From Thalia democratica (Eukaryota): a stretch of DNA of 64,000 nt. Where the stretch lies: contig OZ241833.1 in the NCBI GenBank assembly GCA_965202585.1, forward strand, positions 34,286,001-34,350,000, given 5' to 3'. Both the position numbers and the translations under genes were made by a program. A model generated the notes under the pieces. The model saw only the letters and a list, made by a program, of their open reading frames with translations, searched no databases and was not told the DNA's origin. This document shows, one piece after another, positions 24,634-35,900 of the stretch; the first letter of the stretch is position 1; every line of letters begins with the position of its first letter.

Positions 24634-27600
24634 TGAGCGGGGGGTGGGGGGGGGGAGAAATGTCGCCGAGGAAAGTTGCGAACGTTGAAAGCGGAATCGC
24701 TTAAATGAGTTGAAGTTTACGGTAAATAAAGTTTATTCGTATGCTGTGAATAAAGTAATAAAACAAAAAGCTGAAGCCGATATTGTTTGAGTAAGTGTCA
24801 GGTGTTTACTGCAAGTGCGCTCCAATGATAAGTTTGTAAATTGAAGAGCTAGTTGTTTGTGCCTATTCGGTAAGGTGGTATGATTGGTTAGGACAAAAGT
24901 TTTTGATAAGTAACATAAAATTTGCACCTCCCTAATTCATTACTGTTTGGTAAAAAATATTAGAAATAAGTGAAAAAAAAATTCTGCTTACAATAAAAAT
25001 AAAAACAAAAAACGACATTAGTTAAAATGTTTTTTATGTAAAACAAATACGTTTAGAAACTAAAGTACTAGTGTCTAAACAAATATAGAAACTATTTTCT
25101 TCGAAAATAAAATACTAAAATACAAGTTATGCCTTCTGACAATTAAACTTTTATTGAGACTTTTTAGAAATATTGCAGTTATAATCAACTTAAAGCTTCA
25201 ACGTACTCTACAATAGCTAAGGTGGTGAATACTTAAAATATATTTTAATGTAAATTTTTTTTAGAAGTACAAGTTTAAAACATACATCATTAAATTACAT
25301 AGAAAACAGTACATCACAGCCTGTTACTGTTTAATAAAAAAAATACTTTACGTTTTTTAAACATAATTAAATGAAACTTTGAATTAAAAAAAAGCTCATT
25401 ATAATCCGTTTTTATATAGTGTCTAAAAACATGTGGAGTAAGTAGGTAAACTAGATCTATATATCGTATCACGAAAAACGAATGAAAAGGCATGCAAAAC
25501 TAGTTTAAATTAAGAATTTATGTTTTTAAAACGTTTAAAAGCAAAGTTTTATGTTTGAATTTCAGCTTACAGTAGACCATGTGTCTTTTATACAAGTACT
25601 TTAAGTTAAAAAAAAAAACAGTACTTAACGTTTTATATTTATATAAAAAAGTTTTGATAACAGTTTAGTTTAAAAAAAACTTTAGTAAAAAAAATATTTT
25701 TTTAAAGTGTAGTAGGTAAACAGAAATTTTCAAAACTTCTACATGGTTATTTAAAAGCGGTTTTAAAACAAAAAAAAGTTGTAGTAAATTTGTACAGTCT
25801 GAACGAGTTTTGCGTTTTGTATTTAAATAAAAATAATACATAATGTTTTACAAAGTTAAAAAAACTGCTTAGCAATAAACCTTAAAATTTTAGCTAAATA
25901 AACGTGACAAAAAAGTATTTAATAGAATAATTAAGGAGACAGACAAATATTTTATAGTAATTTAGTAATGACAATTTCAAATAGTTTATCAACAAATAAA
26001 CAAAACTAACCATATAAAGCTCGCTATTTGAGTGCAACTCGAAAATATATAACCTGATACAAAAAAAAATCTGATTTTTACATTCTGATAAATTTTAATA
26101 ACGGCAAAGGCAAAAGGGCACGAACCATCTGCGACCACGGCTATCCGATGACATACTTTTCAAAAGCGCACTTAATTGAGCGTTTTACAACTCAAAAAAA
26201 AAACCAACAGATCGCTTTATTATCACAGCCGAAAAAAAGCCGCTCCGGCGTGGGAGTTTGCGCGAAAAGATACTTTTTCATGTCCACGCGTATGCACATC
26301 ACAAAAGCGGCCGCTTTTCGAAAGACCTGAGCCCTCAAAGCCTCGAAATTCGCTCCCATTGTTTGCCCACGTGCAGCAAGGGAAACCTCAGGTGCTCCGG
26401 CTAAACTCCTGACCCGAGCCAGCTGCGCGAATTATTGTTATTGTTCGAATGCGCTGTTTGCTCTTTGAATCGCGCATCCTCCGTCTTTTGTTTCGACGCC
26501 GAATAAACTGTTTGTTTGCTTTTCTGATAACGGGCTTACGCACGCCGGCAAAAGGCGCTTCGTTGCTTTGAATTTGTATACGCTGTTTTGAAAGTTTTGT
26601 TTTGAAAAAATGCTACAAAGAAACTATATCCGACAGTTTTTAACTGACAGTGTTTAGTTTTTAAATTTATATTTTGTTTTGGAAGTTTTCATTATGATAA
26701 AAGCTAGTGCTACGACTACGTTTGTATTAAAATAAAATGATAAAAAATGAGCAGATAGAGAAGTAATATATACTAAATAAAAGTCATTTATTAGAAAGTA
26801 AGTAAGTAAAATAGGCATTTTATGAAACTGGTAATCTTGATAAATATGTCAAAGTTTTTGAAATCAATAAAAAAGTTTCTCACTTAGTTTTAAAACTTGT
26901 CTTAAATTAAAACAACTCTAAAGTATTTTTGATAGTTTAAGAATATATTTTGAAGCAGATTAAAAAATTTACATCTTTTAATCTACCGGCTGGTTACACT
27001 AACTTTTTTTATTCAAAATTTCAGATTGTTGAACTAGGTTTATTTTACTTTTAACTTTTTTCGATAAGATTAGTTACAAATACTTAGAGATGTTTGTATT
27101 CATGACTTATGTACACGTAGTTTAATGTAATGAATTATTAAACTTTCAATCTAATAAAAAATAAGTTTTGCAAATTAAGACCTTAGAAAAACTACGTGGA
27201 ACTCTGTTATTAGCTTGATACAGAGAAACGTGCATCAGTCCAACAAATTGAACTGTTGTCATAATATTCCAACGAACTTGTTTCGTTCGAATTTCTGTTA
27301 AACATGTAGTTTTAGCAATTAGTACTATGTGAACTTTGGTAAACTAAATCCTAATGTTTTGTTAAGTTTGTGTTTATTTTGTGAAAAGTAGCATGTTAAA
27401 AGCTAATTTGTTTTATCTTAATAAATTTTATACTATCTTAACTTTATATTAAAATACTTAAATGTCTATAATTAACCAGTCAAAGAAAGAAAATATTTTA
27501 AGTAGTACTGCATTTAATTTACCCTAGAAAACCTTTTGTGGAAGTTTGTTAAATATTGTTATATATAACAATAACATGAACAGTTTTCTAAAAATTATTT

Positions 27601-30110
27601 AAAGCAGATCTCAGCGTTAATTTTCAAATAACAACGGCAACGAAAAAACTATCAAAGTTGCGAAGCAATATTTGCTAACTGCTTCAAATTACCGACAATT
27701 GCTTGCATAAATGACACAAATTCTATTTTTATTAAATTTCCAACTGATAATGGCCGTCTGAAATGTTTCACAAGTGTGAAAATTAGATTAATGGAAAGTA
27801 GGTTACCGCATAAAACAACTTTCAATAATCGATTATTTACAGTCAATTATATTTTGAAAAAATTACTGGTAACTACGTCATCTAATCTTTGCAGCTTTGG
27901 TGTTTTTAAACATGGACAAAATTTACTGGCAAGTTGCTCGAAAAGTGCTAATGTTTATTCTTTTTAAAGTTATAAAACGCTTAAAAAACTTTGAAAACTG
28001 TAAAAAAACATTTTTATTGAAGGTTAGCAGTAATATAATTAGTTATTAAAAGTTTGTTACCTTATTACTTTTGAATGTTTTAAGTTCGGTTATATGACAA
28101 CATTTGGTAGAGAATTTTTTTAATTTTTACCTTGAAAAAGGTTAAAGTTGGTAAAAAAACTAAACAAGAGTATAAACATTCTCAATAAAAAGTTCAGTAT
28201 TATTTAAAGAATTTAAACTCACAATCACTTAAATTAAATATTGTGAAACTTTAAAAAAAGAATTACCAATATGTTTCTTACTTTAAGTTTTGTCGTACTT
28301 TTAGTTTATAAACTTACGACTGAAGTTTTGTTGTTTAAAACAATTTTAAAAACTGTATGTCACTTATTTAGATTAACAATGATGGCACAAACTTTCAAAA
28401 TTGTTTGAATATACTTTTTAAGAGAAAAGCTCCGTCATACACTACTATTAAAAATATTTTGTTCAAACAGTTCTTTTATTTACTTTTTGATTTACGTGAA
28501 CTAAATGAACACCAAAGGCTTTTAGCTTAGTTTAATTGTACATTGCTTACAATTTATTCGATTGTCAAGTTTTTTACCGAACTGGTTAATCAAACTATGA
28601 TAAACTGCAGCGACGCCTAGCTGTTATTTTTATTTAAAACGCTTGACAACAATATTTACGCTGTTCTGTAATATTTCAATTACACTAGTTTTAATAACTA
28701 GTTTTGCAAACTTTGAAGTAGATAACTTCAAGGATGAAAACATGGTATTATCAACAAAACGATCACTTTAAAGAATCAAATTACTTTTAAATCAAAAATT
28801 ATAAATATTTTCTACACAGAATGTTTCTATCAGCTGTATGGTTAATTTTGAGTTGCTGAACATAAGTAGTCAAGTATAACAAAAGTCAAACTTATTTATG
28901 TGCTTTATAAATACTTTCAAGTCACATAAGTTCCGATACTTTTATTCCGACCAATCTTTATAAAAAATTTACATAATTTATAATTTCAACTTAAAAAAAA
29001 ATTTAGACTAAGACTTTTTATACGTAGTAAAAAAGTACTCATTGTTAAAAAAATTAAATGTTTCATTTTGAAAATATCTGTTCTCAAAAACTTAAATTCA
29101 AGTATACACAGTTTAAATTAGATGTTTATTTATTTTTATGACTTATTGTTTAAAAAAAATATATTTCACTTTTATTAAATAAACTCTTGTTAGATTTCGA
29201 TGAACAAGAACCGGTTTTTAACAAAAAAGTATTATTTATCGAAAAAATTTTAAGACTAAAGAACTAAAGTTCAAAGCATAACCTTTTATTTAATGTGAAT
29301 TTCATAAAAATATTTTCATATTTTAGAAAAATAATACTCTGTAAATACTAAAATATCAAGTTAATCAAACAAAGACCGTTGATTAATGCAAAGTATTTGT
29401 TACCTTAATTGACATTTAAATTAGAAAAGGTTAAAGGAGTATTTGTCATTTAGTAATTAGCTCAATGAAAAAAAAAAAATAAATATAGTTTTAATCAATA
29501 AAAAGGTTAAATATTTATATTATTAACACAAAACTACAAGTTTAAAAAATTAGTTTAGTAAAAAGTGTGTTTTTATTAGTCTGTATTATGTACTAACTAA
29601 CATGTTTTAATTACTTAGTAATTTATAAAAAGGTTCTGATTATTAAACTTAATAAAAGTGTTTGCCATTATTTTTTTCTAAAGTTAACTAACTCTAGTAA
29701 TAATTAGTCATTTCATTTACTTCGAGTTAAAGTCGTAATCGCTTATTTTATTTTGAAATATTTGTAAAAATTCGTTCTTCTTTAAAACTTACTAAAATAC
29801 TAACAGGTTTAAATTTTCAAACTTTTTGTTAAAATAGTTATATGAAAATGTACGCTTTAAAACTATAGCTACAAACTATAAAATAGTGTATTCCATTACC
29901 AACATCTAATATTAAACTTTATGGCAATTTAACATTTATAGTACTAATCAAAACCTGATTTTTAGTTTGTCAAAAAAGGTCAACAAAACAAATTTTAAAA
30001 TAAAAACTTGTTACAGGCGCATATTTGCCCATGCAAGCTTTAACGACTTAAAAAAACGTGTTTTGTACAAGAAAGTCGGCAAACAAAAAACTTTTTGAAA
30101 TTTTTCTGCC

Positions 30111-30125
30111 AGACTTTACGGCGCC
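30111..30125 (-). promoter_or_regulatory. BRE 1.3 kb downstream of the divergent HLH gene
   Basis: AGAC-TTTAC-GGCGCC, an exact match. Confidence 0.6.
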
Positions 30126-31442
30126 TGCGAAGACAAATTAAAAGTTAATATGCTTTTACGTTATATAAAAAAATTGTGTCAACGTCCAGTGATAAACCAT
30201 GCTCAAACGAAAATTTACGATAATAATTTTTAGCTTTATCTATATATTTATTATTTACAAATTTTAAATGTTTTGAATTTATAATTTGACTGTTGAAAGA
30301 TACAAAAACTTTTCAAAGATTATTTCTGTAAAGTTTAAGCTTTGCTATTTTTGTTAAATTTAGTTTTAACACCAACATAAGGTAAATATATTAACATGAA
30401 ATAAAACATTAGAAATAAAGTAGAGATTTATAATTATATTTTTTCAAAAGTATTTAAATACATACTTTGAAAATTTGTTATAAACTTGTAAAAAAATTAT
30501 AAAGACTAGTTTAGTTTTTAAGCATCTTACTTATTTTTAAATATGTAAAAGTACCATGTATTTGTTTGCTATTATGCTTTTATAGTTAAGAAAACTTGCT
30601 TTTAAAACTTGTTAAGTTCAAATTTTTGGCTTTGTTAGATGTAATTTTGTATATAATCGTAAAATTTTGTTCGATAAAAGTTAAAACCAGCAAAAGTTAG
30701 TGATACATTTAAGTTATAATCTGTAAATCAAAAAGTTTGTGAACTTTTAAATCTTTAAAACTTATTTCTTTAAGTATTTTACTAACGAACTACAAATATT
30801 CATCATCATTCATCTTATAACACTTGAAAGTTATGCTAAAAAAATTTAGTACGTTTCTTTAAAAAATATAACTAATCTATCAAAATATATTTATACATGA
30901 ATAAAATTTGAACAAAACGTTTTATTTGAAAACAGTAGATAAGCAATAAAAAGTTTTGAGTTTTTTGTAAAACAATTTGCACAGTGTAAGGAAGCAAATC
31001 TATAAAAAAGTTATAAATAATTTTCAAAATAAAAAAATTCTCACTAAAATGCAGTTAATTCTGAAAACATTTTTAAATAGTGATTATTACTTTTTCGAAA
31101 CTACTAGAAGCTAAAAAAGTTGAACTTTTTCACAACGTAGTAAAATTTCTTTCAACTTGAAACTGGCTTACAGCTTTACAAGTACCGTAAAAAGAAGACT
31201 ACAAAAGCAGAACTAAACTATAAAAAAAAACTTTAAGCCTTTTCATTTTCAGTTCTTAAACTTTAATTTCACGTTAACATGATGAGTTTCTAAAACTAAA
31301 TAACATATTGAAGTTTAAGAGTTTAAAAAACAATTCAATTCGGTTTTTTCAAATTTGAATTTCACGATAAAACTCGAGTATAAAAAAAAAAACTAAACGC
31401 ATGTAAAAAGTTTTTGGGCAGTGACGTCATAACACCGTAGCT

Positions 31443-31742
31443 TCACCTCCGTCCGACCGTCCGCCCCTCGTCGTCGATGTTGACGAAGCAGTGTGACGTC
31501 ACAGTCCTCTTGCTCTCGTCACTGTTTCTTATGACGTCGTGCAGCAGCTTTATGTAGGCGGTGACGTCGCGCAAAACGGTGACGCAATCGCGCTCCGAAG
31601 CGACGTCACGACTTCTGGCGGGGACCAGCTCCCTGAGGTCGTCGAGCAAGTCCATCACCGCTCTGACGTCATTTTGTGAGTCTTTCGTGACGTCACGGTT
31701 GGTTTCGGACAAAATGCTGACGTCACTAGTTTGGATGCTCAT
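31443..31742 (-). CDS. Divergent basic-less HLH protein, Id/emc-like (99 aa from the first ATG)
   Basis: VMDLLDDLRELVP...CVTVLRDVTAYIKLLH fits the HLH helix 1/helix 2 pattern and there is no basic region. GC-rich ORF in AT-rich DNA. The track ORF starts at a TTG (31775); the first ATG is at 31742. Confidence 0.75.
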   Translation of the reverse strand: MSIQTSDVSILSETNRDVTKDSQNDVRAVMDLLDDLRELVPARSRDVASERDCVTVLRDVTAYIKLLHDVIRNSDESKRTVTSHCFVNIDDEGRTVGRR

Positions 31743-31767
31743 TGAATTTTTTGTTAAATTAATTAAC

Positions 31768-31831
31768 CTGAACAATCGGTAAATTTTTGTTTAAAAGTTA
31801 GTTACTTGTTGTTGTTTATATTTGTATTTAC
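31768..31831 (-). other. Predicted 64-bp 5'-UTR intron of the divergent HLH gene
   Basis: On the minus strand: AG|GTAAAT donor, TAACTAAC branch-like motif, and TTGTTCAG acceptor 25 nt before the ATG. Confidence 0.55.
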
Positions 31832-32890
31832 CTAAACAGATACAGATTATCTAGTATTATCTATTTGTTTGTTTTCTTATCTAAAAGTGATTTCGTTTAA
31901 TAGTTATGTAAATTAAAAATGTTGCATACTAGTATAGTAATAATAACCATGCATTTATGAAACATCTATTGTACTTTATTATTTACAATAATCTAAAAAA
32001 CTGAAAAAATCATAAATGCTTAATGTTTGCTCTAAAACAAACGTTTATTAAAGGGCTTCCTTTTATATACATATATAAGTTTATTCAAAGCAAAGTTAAG
32101 CAAACTTAATGTTTTTTACTATAAATAAAATGAAACATTTTTTAAATATTATTAAACGTATAAAAAAGAACTATTAAAGATCAAATTGATTTATTTAAGC
32201 TTCAATAAACCTTTACTTAAAAAATTTTTTAAGTCAAAATTGTGTACTAAATTTCTTTAAACCTTTAGTATAAAAATTATAAAGTAAAACATAAACTTTT
32301 ACGCTTATACTTAAAAAAAAAACAAAAAGCTTTAATAACTGAAATAACTCTCAAGTAACTCTAAAAGCTTTTTATACAACATAACAGTTTTAAGAAGACG
32401 CTCTCTAAAAATAATTTTATAAATAACAAAAACTTCCATTTTAGAGTAATGATTCTGTTTTCTTACAACTTGACCTACCATTGCGCCATTAAGTATTTAA
32501 TACATTGTATGGTAAACATGTTTTCTTTGTAACGAAACTAAAAATGCTCATTTAGCTGTCACGTAAAAATCTTAATTTTTGTCAGGAATGATTTAATTAC
32601 TTGCAAATTGTCTGTAATAAAAGTCAACAAAATCTAAACAAAACTGTATTTGTTTTTATAGCTTTTATAGTTTTCTTCATTAAAAAAATGTATTTTTTTT
32701 TGTTTATAAATCACTAACTTAAAAAGTTGAAATAAAATTCAAAGTTAAAAAATAAAAAAAACATTATTTTATCTTAATGTGTCGTGCTCCTCTCGAAGCG
32801 TCCAAACCCGACTGGTTCCGTTGGTAACAAAATTAAATTTTATTTGAAAGTTTTTTTTTTTATTTGAATGTTTCTTTCCTTCTGATTGCT

Positions 32891-32918
32891 CAGGTGCGAG
32901 CCAGGCGCCTCGGTGTCT
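32891..32918 (+). promoter_or_regulatory. E-box plus BRE 1.2 kb upstream of the divergent HLH gene
   Basis: CAGGTG-CGAGCCA-GGCGCC-TCGGT-GTCTG. Confidence 0.7.
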
Positions 32919-35900
32919 GGCAAACAAGAAAATTTCTTCCTCTCTCGTTTTTCTCGACAAACTTTTTCATTCTCTCGTTTTTCGTTGGTGAATTTACGGC
33001 GTGAAAATTCGTCCAAGCACGTGCTAGCAGTCTCTCGCTCGTTTTTGTCGTTGGTGGGCGAGAAAGTATGATTGAGTAAACATTTTTCGCATGTGGTCTT
33101 AATAAATAAAAAAGAATTTGCTTTGGTACTTTAAGTTCTTAAAAAAAACAGTTTTTGCTGAATGGTTTTATCATATAAGTAGAAAACTACGGGGTTTCTT
33201 TGGATTTTTAAATCTCAAAAGTCAAGTATTTGGTTTGAATTTTCATATAAGTTTTTCGTTGTTAAAAATTCTAGAAAAAATTAAATTTTTAATAGCAAGC
33301 TTAAAATACTTTACTAACAAAAGTGTGTTTTTAAAGTACTGAAACTTACTAAAAAACCCAGAAAGATAAATATTTTTAGTTTTTTAGTTTAAGACTGTTA
33401 AAAACTGTAAACTCACTGCCAATGTCAAGTTTAATACTTTATAATTAGCGGTAACTTTAAATAAGAAAAGTATAAACTTATGGACAATTGTAATTTAAAA
33501 ACGTAATAATGTTCCTTATCTGGAAAAAGCAATTATTTCTGCGCGCAGTACAAAGTGGCTCAAGTACACGGAAAATAACATACTTTTCGCTAATTATCTC
33601 CAAATCAGATGTTAATAAATTTTTAATTGGCGAATTATAATGTGATTTCGGCTAAACTTGTTTTGTATGCTGTCACCGACTTGTTAAGAAAAAAAAATAA
33701 AAATAATGCACAACTAAAAATGTGATTATGTAAAAGATATTACGTTAACAGTTATAATACTATTTTCGGCAAATAGTTAACTTTTAATATTAAAATAAAT
33801 TAAGATTTTAAGTATAACTTTGTTTTAGTTTGTAAAGAATACTAAAGGTAAAAAAGAATATATTACTAAATGTTTAAAATTTGAACCGTTTAAAAGTCAT
33901 CTTTAAATCTTTAAAAAGTTTTAATGAAAACTTTGTTGGTTCATTTTGAAAAAAAAAAAAGATTAAGGTTAATTCTAAAAGTATTCGTTATATTTATAAA
34001 TATTCAAAATCAGTATTTCATTATAAAGTAAAACTAGTTTAAGGCCTAATACAACACAATTTTTGTAAACTGGTTGTAAATCATCTTAAATACCACAAAA
34101 AATTCAATAAAAATGTTTTAAAGTATTTTAAAGTCTTTTAAGTATGTTTATTGGTTGAACCACTTTAAAATATTGTATAAATATTAAAGCTTAAATTTTG
34201 AAATAAGTTAAAGTTTACTTTAAATTCATTGAACTGAACGACTATAAAAGCTGTTAGACGAAGTTTTCAAACATTTTTGAACAAAATAGGTCTATTTTAA
34301 TAAATAAAATAATGAATGTAAGAAAAACAGAGTAAAAAACTATTTTAATTAAATAAACAGTATAAAAATAGACATATATTTCATTTGAGTACGTTTTCTT
34401 GTTACTGAAAGTTTTTATAGTAACATACTTGTTTATAACTCAAAAATATATTTTAAAAATTTATTTTCCTAGAGGTTTTAAACTATTTTAAAAGTTTTCA
34501 AAAAAATATGTTTAATAATTTGAACTACGATAAAAATTTAAACTTTTAGTTACTTAAATGTTTTTATTATATACTTATGATTAAACAACTAATCTCTAAT
34601 CTATGAAAAATTCTAAAATTAGCTAAAAAAATATTGCTCATTTAAACATAAATACAGTTTTTCAATCTGCATGTGCTTACTTTGTTTTAAAATCTTTTAT
34701 TCCTTTCAGCAAAGCAAATTTTTACTTTTAAAACATTTAAAGTTACAGCTAACACTATCATAGTTAAAGTCTTTGAAGCACAAAAAAAAAACTTTAAAAA
34801 TAGGTTCTTAAACCACTGTAAAATTAATCAAGTTGTTTTAAATAAATAACAAACCAACAAAGCAGGACTATTTGAACTCTAGTTCTAAACATCTTTTACA
34901 ACTTTTCTACTTTTAAACTACAGTCAATACTAATGTAATTAAATTTAACCTCATAAGACCTACCAGCAAAAAAATATAAATGGTAACCTTACTTTTTGAA
35001 GTATATGGGATGGTAGTCCTAATGTTAGAAAAATATAGTATCTTATAGTATCTACTGTCCATATTTGAATGATATATAAAAAAAAACTTAAACAAACTAT
35101 ACAACAAGTTGTTTTCTAGTTAATTGTTTCAAAACTTTAAAATACATCTAGCTAATTAAACAAAACGTACATATATCCCAATATTCTAGGTATATCAACA
35201 AAACTCATTGTTAAAGTCTCTTTATAACTGCAAATTTTTAAACAAATATCTGCCGAAAAATAGTTAAAAACATAGTTTTATACTACTTTCAACCGTCTAG
35301 TTACAACCATCTTTATCTAAATTAAATGATCTTAAAACAAGGAAAAACTTAAACAGAATAACAACTTAACTTCTAATTTAACATTCTGAAGTTAAGATAA
35401 AATGTTTAAGCTAGTTTAAAGTTTAGCAGCCATACCCAATAGATAATACTGAACTTATCAACAAAAATCCCCAAATAATTGCAAACTTTATCTGATGAAT
35501 CTCTGTCAACACATGGTTACAGCCTCACATGACTATGAAGTCAACAAAAAATCACAAATACCAATGTTAAAAATGCTAAGTTGGTCATTTAGCAATAAAA
35601 AAACACATTTTGTTCCTTTATGAAAACCCTATGCGACTGCACTTATTCCTGACGAATCTCTGTCAACACACGTTCGCAACGCGCACACGCATGAATGACA
35701 GTTGCTCGCTCGACGCGGCGCGCTCGACGGCGTTATGACGTAACAGTAGGCAACCAGTTGCCAGATAAACTTGAACATCAGCTGTCACTCCACCTTAATC
35801 ATCGACCGATATTTCTTGTTTTCGCTACATTCTGTCGATTTTAATTGATTTAATTTTTTTCAATTGTTATCTATATTTAACTGTAGTGCTGTAAGAAAAA

